From: an uncultured Planctomycetia bacterium
GTDB taxonomy: Bacteria; Omnitrophota; Gorgyraeia; 2-01-FULL-45-10
Direction of reading: 5' to 3'
NCBI GenBank assembly: GCA_964352425.1
Contig: CAYGRZ010000002.1
Location: 18,240 to 82,239 of the forward strand
DNA: 64,000 nt
This document shows, in pieces, positions 39,191 through 48,357 of the stretch. The notes below the pieces were generated by a model. That model did not search any database. It worked only from the letters and a program-made list of their open reading frames with translations, and was not told where the DNA came from. Every line of letters starts with the position of its first letter. Within the stretch, counting starts at the first letter, position 1. A program made the position numbers and the translations under genes.

Positions 39191-40005
39191 TGAGCGATCT
39201 CATACTATGCAAAAAATGCGCCAAAGAGACGAACAAGTACTCGCCATATTGCGAGCATTGCCATGAGCCTTTGGCGCGGGAAGAGCCGGCACCATCACCA
39301 GCCTCCGAGGCCGCGGGGCAGCCCACACACCCCGGCGCCCGGACCATAGCCGAACAGGGCAAGGCCCTGGGCGAAGCGCTGGCAAAACATTCCGGCCGTT
39401 TTATGAAAAAATGCCCGTTTTGCGCCGAGGAGATACGCCCCGATGCGATCAAATGCCGGTATTGCGGGGAGCATATAGCCAAACCCGCCGATCACGCGGG
39501 CAGAAAGATGGCGATCTTTCTGCCATTGTTGGCCGCCGTGGGGATATCGGCCGCTTTCATATTGTTCTATACCGGCGTCATCCGTCTTCCCGCCATCGGA
39601 TTCGTCGGTGGTATCTGCAAAGACAAGACGGGCCTCTTAAGCGATGAATTAAAGAGCGATCCGGCTAAGGCCGAGTACGTAAAAAATTATATCACTCTGA
39701 AAGAAATCGGAACGCTCGACGAAGCGGATTCGAAATACGGCACGGTAAAAAAATACGTGTACGGGACTCTCAGGAATTCCGGCAATAAGCTGGTCATTAA
39801 ATTAAAAGTTACCGTCTACTATCTGGATAAGAGCGGCGCCTGCATAGCGGAGGGCTCGATCTGGCCCGTGTTAGGCACTAAGGCCAAACATGATCAGTTC
39901 AAACCGGATAGCCTGAAAGACTTCCAGATCGAGATCATAAATGCTAATCCTGCATGGTCCCGCACCATTAAAGCGAAGGTTTCCGATATAGAGTTTTCAG
40001 AATAG
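39190..40005 (+). CDS. Double zinc-ribbon membrane protein with an FxLYD-like C-terminal domain
   Basis: CKKC..CEHC; CPFCAEEI..AIKCRYCGE; one TM; GTLRNSG..VYYLDKSG. Confidence 0.8.
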   Translation: MSDLILCKKCAKETNKYSPYCEHCHEPLAREEPAPSPASEAAGQPTHPGARTIAEQGKALGEALAKHSGRFMKKCPFCAEEIRPDAIKCRYCGEHIAKPADHAGRKMAIFLPLLAAVGISAAFILFYTGVIRLPAIGFVGGICKDKTGLLSDELKSDPAKAEYVKNYITLKEIGTLDEADSKYGTVKKYVYGTLRNSGNKLVIKLKVTVYYLDKSGACIAEGSIWPVLGTKAKHDQFKPDSLKDFQIEIINANPAWSRTIKAKVSDIEFSE

Positions 40006-40119
40006 GCCGTGATCCCGGCGGCCGTATAGTGCGATATCGTTTTGATTTACGAAGCCTGCTGGTGTACAATAGTAGGCTGCAGTATAGATAACGTAGGCTT
40101 AAGCACAAAAAGGAGCGAA

Positions 40120-40620
40120 ATGAAGATACGTCAAAAAAGCAAAAGTTCTCCGGTCACGCCGCAGGCCGGGCCGGATGTAGCGGCCACGATCGACAGGATA
40201 CAGCAGCAGCTGGTATTTTTAGAGAAGAAGATAGATACGCTGATCAGCCAGTCTTCGGCGAGGCCTCCGGAGGCGCGGCATTTTTCAAAACCCTTCCAGC
40301 GCTTTGACCACGCCCCCCGCCACGGCGAAGGAAGACAGGAGGGCGGTTTTAAGGAAAGGACCCTGCATAAGGCGATCTGCGCGGACTGCAATAAAGAATG
40401 CGAAGTCCCTTTCCGGCCCAGCGGCGAGCGTCCGGTGTACTGCAGGGAGTGCTTTGCGAAACGCAAGACCGGCGAACCGTTCAAAGCCAAACACGAGCAC
40501 AGGCCCAGGGAAGAGAGCTTTTCTCAGGAACGCCACTTTGAGAAGCGGCGCGGCGGCGAAGGCCGGAAGTCCGCCGAAAGAAAGAAGCCGGTTGCCCGGC
40601 ACCGGAAAGGGCGCGCGTAG
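40120..40620 (+). CDS. CxxC-x17-CxxC domain protein
   Basis: HKAICADCNKECEVPFRPSGERPVYCRECF; N-terminal coiled coil; AGGAG RBS. Confidence 0.88.
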   Translation: MKIRQKSKSSPVTPQAGPDVAATIDRIQQQLVFLEKKIDTLISQSSARPPEARHFSKPFQRFDHAPRHGEGRQEGGFKERTLHKAICADCNKECEVPFRPSGERPVYCRECFAKRKTGEPFKAKHEHRPREESFSQERHFEKRRGGEGRKSAERKKPVARHRKGRA

Positions 40621-40767
40621 ATATTCGGCTTGAGAAGTTTAAGCGGCATGATACAATGTGCGGGTTTCTGTGATGCGGTGCGATCGTACAATAGGGGATC
40701 GATAATGGGAACGTCAAGGTGCTGGCAGGACAATGTCGTTAATGGATTCGGTAAAAGAAACGGCAAG

Positions 40768-40932
40768 ATGAAAGTAGTCGACAGAAAGAAACTCAGGCGG
40801 CTCTTTGTGCGGAAGATGGTCAAAGAGCTGAAGGCCGCCGGTAAACCTGTTGATCTGCAGGCGATCAACCATACGGCGAGGGACACGTACGGCAGGAAGA
40901 GGCAGTCCCAGAAGCCGAAGCACAGGGTGTAG
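40768..40932 (+). CDS. Small basic hypothetical protein (start uncertain)
   Basis: MKVVDRKKLRRLFVRKMVKELKAAGKPVDLQAINHTARDTYGRKRQSQKPKHRV, followed by a terminator. Confidence 0.55.
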   Translation: MKVVDRKKLRRLFVRKMVKELKAAGKPVDLQAINHTARDTYGRKRQSQKPKHRV

Positions 40933-40963
40933 ACTCTTCGTCCGCCGCCACAGCCGGTTATTG

Positions 40964-40997
40964 CCCACCTGCCACGCGTAAGCGGCAGGTGGGTTTT
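40964..40997 (+). terminator. Intrinsic terminator
   Basis: CCCACCTGCC/GGCAGGTGGG followed by TTTT. Confidence 0.7.
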
Positions 40998-41025
40998 CTA
41001 TCGAAAGAGAGAGGAGGCCAACGAG

Positions 41026-41535
41026 ATGGCGTATGAGGACGGGAAAGATTATTATGAAGAAGAGGAATCGTCCCCGGTAGCGCAGGTCGCGGTCCGGGAC
41101 GCGGGCCGATTTGTCGAGGCGATGCTGCGTTTCTTCGCCGGCAAAGGGACCCTGTACGTCTCGTCGTATGATTTCGGTTACTGGGCGGGCCTGCTGTCGT
41201 GCTTCAGGACCGGCGAGAGGGTAAAGCTGAAAACGTCTTTGCCGGACCCGGCATTTTTGGAGAACGGATTCAGCATAACCGAAGAGTTCATCTATGTCTT
41301 TTCGATCGACTGCCTTAAAAATATAGACGCCAGGAACATGTTCAACCAATTCCTGGTCTACCGGGAAGGTTGCGCGCTCGTCCAGTGCTGCAGTAATTTT
41401 GACGATGTGTATGTGAACATCAAAGCGCCGCAGAGCCTTATCAGGACGCTGATCGGCAGCGATATCATCGCATCCTGGGACATGCTCTCCGCGCCGATAA
41501 AAATAGGTTGCAAACGGCTCCGCCAAAAATTATAA
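41026..41535 (+). CDS. Hypothetical protein
   Basis: GAGGAGG RBS, 169 aa, no family recognised. Confidence 0.7.
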   Translation: MAYEDGKDYYEEEESSPVAQVAVRDAGRFVEAMLRFFAGKGTLYVSSYDFGYWAGLLSCFRTGERVKLKTSLPDPAFLENGFSITEEFIYVFSIDCLKNIDARNMFNQFLVYREGCALVQCCSNFDDVYVNIKAPQSLIRTLIGSDIIASWDMLSAPIKIGCKRLRQKL

Positions 41536-41561
41536 TAGAGCTAAAAGAGGAGCGCCCGCAT

Positions 41562-41948
41562 ATGGATAAACCAGCCGTTGAAGAGAAGCGCGAGTTTCTG
41601 CGTTACCGGTATGACCGCCCCTTAAGCTATACAGTCATCACGTCTTCAGGCGAGCCGGGTGTCCGGTCGAGGGCGCTTGACGCCGTCGCCAGGAACCTGA
41701 GCGCCTGCGGGGTGCTTTTTTCAAGCAAGCACCTCCCGGAGATATCCAGCATCATCGCGCTCGACCTGGATTACCGGACCACCAGGATATGCCAGGAGAT
41801 CGAGGCCAACGCGCTCATCGTCAACAATAAGATCGTCGGGAAGGTCGTCCGCATCGAGGAAGACGCGGACGGGCTGTACGGGGTCGGCGTCGCCTTTATC
41901 AGGAGGCTGGCCCGCCTGCCGAAGGACCTCGAAAAACTTATCACATAG
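41562..41948 (+). CDS. PilZ-domain protein
   Basis: EKREFLR (RxxxR), NLSACG, GKVVR, GVAF. Confidence 0.85.
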   Translation: MDKPAVEEKREFLRYRYDRPLSYTVITSSGEPGVRSRALDAVARNLSACGVLFSSKHLPEISSIIALDLDYRTTRICQEIEANALIVNNKIVGKVVRIEEDADGLYGVGVAFIRRLARLPKDLEKLIT

Positions 41949-41997
41949 CCGGCGGCGGGGCCGTCTCCCCGAAGAAACCCCTCATCGTTGGGATGCT

Positions 41998-42549
41998 ATG
42001 CGATACCCGATCAGATTCCCGGCCCTCATCATCTGCCTGAGCCTCATCGTGTGCGGATGCGCCGCGATGCGCTATCCGGGCGCCTACAAAGTGGAGGGCA
42101 GGGAGTTCAAAGAATTCAAAGACCTCGATGATGAACGCGCGCTGAAGCTGGTCGCCCTCATCTATAATGTCAAGACGCAGTGCTGGGAAGACGGCATAGC
42201 CAGGGGCATCGCGCTCGAAGAGTATCAGGGCCTCCTCGCAAAGAGAAAGTCCCCGTACATAAAAAATTCCGGCATCTTCGACATCAAATATGATAAGGCG
42301 AACATCCCGTCGTGGAAAGACGGGGATCTGGCGCGATTATACGATTGCCTTTATCCGAAGGCCAATGCCTACTACGCCGACTCCGCGCCCGAGCTTTCAG
42401 AAACGCAAAACGCGCGCAGGATCGTATTCCTGACGGCGGTCAATGCCGTCATCAGGGAGCTGAAGAAGCGGGACATCACCCGGAAGGCGGTCATGATCGC
42501 CGGCCAGGTCCTGACCACCGCTCTTACGGTCGCGCTGTCGCTTATATAA
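41998..42549 (+). CDS. Putative lipoprotein
   Basis: Lipobox-like IVCGC; hydrophobic C-terminus. Confidence 0.75.
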   Translation: MRYPIRFPALIICLSLIVCGCAAMRYPGAYKVEGREFKEFKDLDDERALKLVALIYNVKTQCWEDGIARGIALEEYQGLLAKRKSPYIKNSGIFDIKYDKANIPSWKDGDLARLYDCLYPKANAYYADSAPELSETQNARRIVFLTAVNAVIRELKKRDITRKAVMIAGQVLTTALTVALSLI

Positions 42550-42563
42550 TACGGGGATCCTGT

Positions 42564-44474
42564 ATGAAAAAAATGATCGTCCTTGTCCTCCTGGCGCTCT
42601 GCGCCATCGGAGCCTATCCTGCCGGGGCCGAAGACGCAAAGGATAAGGAATTTCTCGATACGATCGAAAAGCAGGCTTTCGACTATTTCTGGAAAGAGAC
42701 CAGCGCCGAGACGGGCCTTACCTATAATACATCGGAAGTAAGGGCCCCCGCGACGAATGCCGCGACAGGTTTCATGCTGTCCGCCCTGGTGATCGGCGTG
42801 GAGAGGGGATGGATAACCCGTGATGGGGCGTACGGGCGTGCGCTCGCCGCGCTGAAGTCTGTTGCAAAAATGGAGCGGTTCCACGGGTTCACCTATCATT
42901 ATTTCCACATTGAAGACGGCACGCGCATGTGGTCGAGCGAAGTCAGCTGTATCGATATGGCGCTATTCCTTGCCGGGGCCATCACCGCCGGCGAATATTT
43001 CAAGGGAACGGAGGTCGAGGAGTTGGCCGGCCGGATATTCAGCCAGACGGACTGGCAGTGGTTTTTGGACGGCGAGAATATCCTGCAGATGTCATGGAAA
43101 CCGGAAGGGGGTTTTTCCGCGAGGATCGACAGGTTCTCCGAAGGCATTCTGTGTTATATACTTGCCATGGCCTCGCCGACACATCCGATCGCTGCGTCCT
43201 GCTGGGACGCCTTTTTACGGCCGGTCGGGAAATACGGCGGCCATGAACTCATCTACGTCTCAGACGGCAGCCTGTTCCAGTACCTGTACCCGCTGGCATG
43301 GCTCGACCTGAGGGATAAGCACGACAGGTACGCCGATTACTGGCAGAACGCCATAAGCGCCGTCAAGGCCAACAAGGAATATTGCCTCAACAATGCCTCC
43401 GCCTTCAAGACATTCAGAGAGGGGTTCTGGGGCCTGAGCGCTTCGTTATCGCCCCGCGGCTACAAGGTATTCGGCGCGAAGCCCGGGAGAAACCTGACCG
43501 ACGGCACGGTCACGGCCGATGTCGTCGCCGCGTCGATCCCGCTTGTCCCGGAGTTCGCGATCGATGACTACAGGGCCATGTACCGGAAGGTCCCCGAGGC
43601 CATCGAGCAGTACGGCCTGACCAACGCTTTCAACATCGACCAGGACTGGGCGGCGCGGCATTATATCGCGATCGACAAAGGGCTGATGCTGCTGATGGTG
43701 GAGAACTACCGGACCGGCCTTATCTGGAAGTATTTTATGCGTAACGCCCATGTCCGCAACGGCTTTGCCGCGGCAGGCTTTACCCCGGGAAGCCAGCCCC
43801 TTCCCTCGAAACAGGACATCATCCCCGGGAATCCTCACGATACTGTCGAGGTTAAAAAGATCTCAGCGGCCGTGAGCGTGGATGCCGACCTTTCGGAATG
43901 GAAAGGTGCCGCACCGGTCATTCTGACAAGCAAGGGTAATAGGAACGTCGAGGTCATCCTGGGGTACGTCAGGGACGATGTGGATGCGAGCGGGCAGTTC
44001 TACCTGGCGTGGGACGATGACTACCTGTACATAGCCGGAAGGATACAGGATGACGAGATAGTCTGCGGGAAGGCCGGAGATAAGATATACCAGGATGACT
44101 GCGTCGAGGTCTTTTTCGATGTGGACAAGAACGGGTTTTACTTTAACAGGAACCTCAATGATTATCAGCTTGGGTTAGCGCCGGGAGGGCCCGGCGCTCA
44201 GCCGCAGGCCTGGGCGTGGGGATACCGGAACACCGTCCCTGCGGGCGTGCTCTATGCCGCCAGGCCGGCCCCGGGCGGCTATAATATTGAACTGGCCATC
44301 CCGTTCGCCGAAATAAACAATTTTATGCCGGGCGACGGGAAGAGTGTCCTGTTCTCGATCTCGATCCATGATCGCGATAAGAACGGTAAGGCCAAGAAGC
44401 TCACGTGGTCGGTCGATTCGATGAGCGATCCCGATACAATCATGTTCGGGACGCTTGTCCTGAAAGAGAGATAG
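42564..44474 (+). CDS. Secreted glucoamylase-like (GH144-type) hydrolase with a C-terminal CBM9-like domain
   Basis: AFDYFW, ATGF, ERGWI, GFTYHY, SEVSCID, YIAIDKG..ENYRTGLIW; DADLSEW, WDDDYLY, DCVEVFFD, ELAIPF. Confidence 0.82.
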   Translation: MKKMIVLVLLALCAIGAYPAGAEDAKDKEFLDTIEKQAFDYFWKETSAETGLTYNTSEVRAPATNAATGFMLSALVIGVERGWITRDGAYGRALAALKSVAKMERFHGFTYHYFHIEDGTRMWSSEVSCIDMALFLAGAITAGEYFKGTEVEELAGRIFSQTDWQWFLDGENILQMSWKPEGGFSARIDRFSEGILCYILAMASPTHPIAASCWDAFLRPVGKYGGHELIYVSDGSLFQYLYPLAWLDLRDKHDRYADYWQNAISAVKANKEYCLNNASAFKTFREGFWGLSASLSPRGYKVFGAKPGRNLTDGTVTADVVAASIPLVPEFAIDDYRAMYRKVPEAIEQYGLTNAFNIDQDWAARHYIAIDKGLMLLMVENYRTGLIWKYFMRNAHVRNGFAAAGFTPGSQPLPSKQDIIPGNPHDTVEVKKISAAVSVDADLSEWKGAAPVILTSKGNRNVEVILGYVRDDVDASGQFYLAWDDDYLYIAGRIQDDEIVCGKAGDKIYQDDCVEVFFDVDKNGFYFNRNLNDYQLGLAPGGPGAQPQAWAWGYRNTVPAGVLYAARPAPGGYNIELAIPFAEINNFMPGDGKSVLFSISIHDRDKNGKAKKLTWSVDSMSDPDTIMFGTLVLKER

Positions 44475-44484
44475 GCCGCGCCAT

Positions 44485-44916
44485 ATGCCGGGGAGGTCTG
44501 CGATGGGTACATTCGGCGCAAGTCGCCGGAAAGAAGAAGCCCTGCGGGCCGAGATGGCGCGTTTCGGCGTAAAAGAAATCGACCTGGCCGAGCATTTCAT
44601 ACGTTCGACCGGCCCGGGCGGCCAGAATGTCAATAAGGTAGCGACCGGCGTCTACCTGAAACACCGGGTCACGGGGATCGAGGTCAAGTGCATGGCCGGG
44701 CGCTCCCAGGCGCTCAATCGTTTCAGGGCGCGGCAGATACTCCTGGCGAAGATAGCCGACGCGGTCCTCGGCAGGGAGTCCGAGGCGCGCAGGACGATAG
44801 AAAAGATACGCCGGCAGAAGAGGAAGCGCTCGAAGAGGGCGAAAGAGAAGATGCTTGCCGCCAAGCGCGCGCATGGCCGGCAGAAGACATTGCGCAGGCC
44901 GGTGGAGATGGAATAA
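44485..44916 (+). CDS. Peptide chain release factor-like protein (ArfB-type)
   Basis: GPGGQNVNK, RSQALNR, basic C-terminal tail. Confidence 0.9.
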   Translation: MPGRSAMGTFGASRRKEEALRAEMARFGVKEIDLAEHFIRSTGPGGQNVNKVATGVYLKHRVTGIEVKCMAGRSQALNRFRARQILLAKIADAVLGRESEARRTIEKIRRQKRKRSKRAKEKMLAAKRAHGRQKTLRRPVEME

Positions 44917-45015
44917 GCGGCAATTTTTTTTATGTATTTATTAGGTTATTTTTGCCTTTTGGTGTATAATACGCATGTCCCGTGCGGGATGGCCCCACGA
45001 TAAAAGGAGGGCAGG

Positions 45016-45201
45016 TTGGCAAGAGACAATTACTCGTATCGAAAGTATCAGAGGGAATTGACAAAGAAAAAGAAGAAAGAGGCAAAGCTGCAGCGTAAAC
45101 TGGATAAGAAGAACGTACCGTCAGCGGGGGATCCAGGGCAGGTTCCAGGCGGAGATGTAGCGGTAAACCCGGAAGCCCAAAACAGTAACCAAAGCTCATA
45201 A
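45016..45201 (+). CDS. Small basic hypothetical protein
   Basis: AAGGAGG RBS, TTG start, Lys-rich. Confidence 0.75.
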   Translation: MARDNYSYRKYQRELTKKKKKEAKLQRKLDKKNVPSAGDPGQVPGGDVAVNPEAQNSNQSS

Positions 45202-45213
45202 AAGGGAGGAAAC

Positions 45214-45384
45214 ATGGGATATCAAGGCGGTGGTGGCGGCGGATACGGCGGAATGCCGAGAGAAATGCACAAAGCGGTGTGCGCTGAGTGTAAGAAGGAA
45301 TGCGAAGTGCCCTTTAAGCCGAGAGAGGACCGTCCGGTATATTGCAAGGACTGTTTCTCGAAGCGCAAAGATAGCGGCCGTTAA
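45214..45384 (+). CDS. Small CxxC-x17-CxxC protein, 56 aa (not in ORF track)
   Basis: GGAGG RBS; MGYQGGGGGGYGGMPREMHKAVCAECKKECEVPFKPREDRPVYCKDCFSKRKDSGR. Confidence 0.9.
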   Translation: MGYQGGGGGGYGGMPREMHKAVCAECKKECEVPFKPREDRPVYCKDCFSKRKDSGR

Positions 45385-45405
45385 GTAGAGTCGCGGATCC
45401 GCATT

Positions 45406-45442
45406 AAAAAGGCCCGTCATTTTCACGGCGGGTCTTTTTTTT
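45406..45442. terminator. Bidirectional intrinsic terminator
   Basis: AAAAAGGCCCGTC/GGCGGGTCTTTTTTTT between convergent genes. Confidence 0.8.
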
Positions 45443-45451
45443 GTTCACCCT

Positions 45452-45509
45452 GCCGCCATCCTTCGACAGGCTCAGGATGGCGGTCCGAGCCTGTCGAAGG
45501 CCGCCATCC
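45452..45509. repeat. REP-like CCTTCGACAGGCTC element with a 10-bp flanking duplication
   Basis: CCTTCGACAGGCTC / GAGCCTGTCGAAGG inverted repeat; GCCGCCATCC at 45452 and 45500. Confidence 0.75.
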
Positions 45510-47211
45510 GCGAAACGGCATCCCGCCGTATCTTTTTCGTGGCCGTTTTCGGCAGCTCCTCATACGATACGCCGAAACTCACTATCCTTTTATACGGGGC
45601 GAGGCCTTTACCAAGCCGCGCGATCTCTGACGATATCGCGGATGTGACCGCATCCGGCGCGGTGATCCCGCTCTGCCCGAAGTGCTCCATATCGGGCACG
45701 ATGACGGCGTAGACCTCTTCGTGCCCTTTGCGTAAGCCCCGGCCGGCGGTCCTGGCCATCACGCATATCTCTTGTATATACGGGCTCTTCCCGACGACCA
45801 TCTCAACCTCTTCAGGGAATACCTTCTTGCCGCTGCCCAGGACGATCATGTTCCGCTTCCTGCCCGTTACGAACAGGAAGGCGTCCTTATCAAAATATCC
45901 GAGGTCGCCCGTATAGAACCATCCGTCCCTGATAACCTGGGCGGTCTTTTCGGGATTCCCGAAATAGCCTTTCATCACGTGGGGCCCGCGCGTCAGGATC
46001 TGGCCCTCGGCATCGGTGTCTCGCTCTTTCAGTATCTTCACCTCGACCCCGGGCAGCGGTTTTCCGACCGAGCCGAACCTGTTCTGTTCGAATGTATTGA
46101 CCGATATGACCGGAGCCGTTTCGGTCAGGCCGTATCCCTGCAGGACGCGGAAGCCGAGCGCGTTCATGTCGATCTCGACATCGGCGTCGAGCGGCGCGCC
46201 CCCGCTGATAAACGTATGCAGCCGGCCGCCGAATTCACGGTGGATCGAGCCGAAGAATACGCGTCCGGCCCGTATATTATATGTGACAAGCGCTCTCGAC
46301 GCGGACAGGGCCCGCCCGAAGAGCCATCGCCTGAACGGGGAGAGCCTGGCGGCCTTCTTCATGATGCCGGAGTGGATCAGCTTCAGGACGAGCGGTACGC
46401 AGATGATCGCGGTAGTCCCGGTCTGGCGCATCAGCGGCAGGAGCGTGCTCGTCTTCAGGGCGTCGCAGTAGGTCACACACGAGCCGGCATAAAGCGGCGC
46501 GATCAGGCCGCCGGTTATCTCGAGCATGTGGCTTAAGGGGAGCACGGAGAGGAGCCGCTCTTTCGGCGTGCAACGGATGATCTGGCTGAACTCGAGCACC
46601 TGGAAGAGGAGGCTCCTGCAGCTTATCTCGACGCCTTTGGCGACGCCGGTCGTGCCCGAGGTGTAGATGATGATCGCCGTGTCTTCCGGATAGATGTCAC
46701 GGAGGCGTTCCTTGCCCCTGTGGGGGCGCAGCTTGTGGAGCTGGATGACGTCCGTGCGCTCGCTCCTGTCGAGCAGTATGATGTTCGCCAGATACGGCAG
46801 GACGTTACGCAGGCGGTCTATGGCCGGAAGATACTTCGCGCTGACGAATATGCACTTTGCCCGGCTGTCGTTTAAGATAAACTCGACTTCCGGGTCAGAG
46901 AGCTTGACGTCGAGCGGGAGGATGGCGCCGCCGCAGGATATGATGCCGAAGTATGCCGCGGCCCACTCGGGCCTGTTCTCGGAGAATATCGCGACCCGGT
47001 CGCCCTTCTGCACGCCGAGGTTTATAAGGACCGAGGAGATGCTGACGACGCGCGCGCCCAGCTTGACGAAGGAGATCTCCTTGAAGGAGCCGTCCTCGTT
47101 CTTTATCCGCAGCGCCGTCTTGTTGCCGTATTTCTTATTGATCGCCTCCAGTATCTGGCTGATCGTGACGCCCTGCAGGACGTTCCTGACCATCGAGTCG
47201 ATCATACGCAC
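45472..47211 (-). CDS. Long-chain fatty acid-CoA ligase (AMP-binding)
   Basis: YTSGTTGVAKG, SGGAPL, QGYGLTE, TGDLG, GRKRNMIV. Confidence 0.92.
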   Translation of the reverse strand: MRMIDSMVRNVLQGVTISQILEAINKKYGNKTALRIKNEDGSFKEISFVKLGARVVSISSVLINLGVQKGDRVAIFSENRPEWAAAYFGIISCGGAILPLDVKLSDPEVEFILNDSRAKCIFVSAKYLPAIDRLRNVLPYLANIILLDRSERTDVIQLHKLRPHRGKERLRDIYPEDTAIIIYTSGTTGVAKGVEISCRSLLFQVLEFSQIIRCTPKERLLSVLPLSHMLEITGGLIAPLYAGSCVTYCDALKTSTLLPLMRQTGTTAIICVPLVLKLIHSGIMKKAARLSPFRRWLFGRALSASRALVTYNIRAGRVFFGSIHREFGGRLHTFISGGAPLDADVEIDMNALGFRVLQGYGLTETAPVISVNTFEQNRFGSVGKPLPGVEVKILKERDTDAEGQILTRGPHVMKGYFGNPEKTAQVIRDGWFYTGDLGYFDKDAFLFVTGRKRNMIVLGSGKKVFPEEVEMVVGKSPYIQEICVMARTAGRGLRKGHEEVYAVIVPDMEHFGQSGITAPDAVTSAISSEIARLGKGLAPYKRIVSFGVSYEELPKTATKKIRRDAVSRMAAFDRLGPPS

Positions 47212-47227
47212 TCTCCGCGCCGGTTAC

Positions 47228-48037
47228 CTAGATACGTTTTTCAACCCATTTCAGGAGGTCGCCGAATACCTTCTCCCTGCCGAGCTCCATGGTCAGCGAG
47301 TGGCGCATCTCCGGGTACTCGATTATATGCTTATGCTCGAACTTTATTCCGTTAAAGATCTTCCTGCTCGTCTCGGAATTGACGAAGGTATCGGCGCCGG
47401 CGAGGAGAAAGAGGGTGTCGGTCCTGACCTTGTGTTTCCATAGATTACTGGACAGCTGCCCGAGCAGGATGCTCTGCAGGAGCCGCGGCGTCGCCCATCT
47501 GTGTTCAAGCGTATCGCTATTCATGATCTTCAGGCATTCAGGGTCGCGCGAGCACATCTCGTTCGTGAAAGGCATGTGGAACTGCTTCCGCTGGTTATAG
47601 AAACGCGCCGTGACCATCCTGAAATAATCCATCAGAGAGAACTTCAGCCTGCTCTTGAAGCCGGGGGATATGCATATGAGCCCCCTGAAGATCCGCGGCT
47701 TCTTGATGACGGTGAGGAAACCGATGAGGCCTCCCATGCTCTCGCCGGCGATAAAGACGGGCTTGTGCCTGTGGTCTTTCTTGATTATAGTGTAAAGGCG
47801 GCGGACGTCCTTGATATAGGTATCCAGGGAATCTATGTGCCCCTTCGTCCCTTCGGTCTGGCCGAAGCCTTTCAGCTCGATAGAGTAGCAGGAGATGCCG
47901 TGTTCGACAAGGAAGCGCGCGACAAACTCCCAGTTATTGCTGTGGCCGCCGAGCCCGTGGACCATCAGCATGGCCGCCCTGGGTGAAGAGCAGCCCCACT
48001 GCCGGTACAGGATATTTCTCTTTTCGCATCGTTTCAT
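47228..48037 (-). CDS. Lysophospholipase-like alpha/beta hydrolase
   Basis: VHGLGGH, GESMGG, AGAD, YPEMRH. Confidence 0.88.
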   Translation of the reverse strand: MKRCEKRNILYRQWGCSSPRAAMLMVHGLGGHSNNWEFVARFLVEHGISCYSIELKGFGQTEGTKGHIDSLDTYIKDVRRLYTIIKKDHRHKPVFIAGESMGGLIGFLTVIKKPRIFRGLICISPGFKSRLKFSLMDYFRMVTARFYNQRKQFHMPFTNEMCSRDPECLKIMNSDTLEHRWATPRLLQSILLGQLSSNLWKHKVRTDTLFLLAGADTFVNSETSRKIFNGIKFEHKHIIEYPEMRHSLTMELGREKVFGDLLKWVEKRI

Positions 48038-48121
48038 GGTACTAGTATATCACATTTCGCCGCAAAGCATATTTTCTTGCCGCGCCTTGTATTTTTCACG
48101 ATAGGTGCTATACTCTAGGCA

Positions 48122-48199
48122 GGACGCTTATGAGCGTCGTGAGTGGTTTTGCCCACCTACCGGACACAGCCCAAAGCTAAACGATAGGTGGGCTTTTTT
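48122..48199 (+). promoter_or_regulatory. Putative structured leader/attenuator upstream of der
   Basis: Upstream TATACT; GACGCT/AGCGTC hairpin; GCCCACCTA/TAGGTGGGC followed by T6. Confidence 0.45.
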
Positions 48200-48328
48200 A
48201 TCCGCCTTCGCAGAAAACCACCGGTGTTAACCCGTGGGTGAATGCGGCCAGATGCTTCGGCGGATGTCACATCCGACGTGTAGGCGGATAAAGAAAGGAA
48301 CCACGGGCGTAAGCCCGTAGGGTTCCAT
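48197..48328. mobile_element. Non-autonomous element with IS200/IS605-like hairpins
   Basis: TTTATCCGCCT/AGGCGGATAAA inverted repeat; CCACCGGTGTTAACCCGTGG and CCACGGGCGTAAGCCCGTAG hairpins; no ORF. Confidence 0.55.
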
Positions 48329-48357
48329 ACGGTGCGCGCTTTAAGAGGAAGGGAAAA

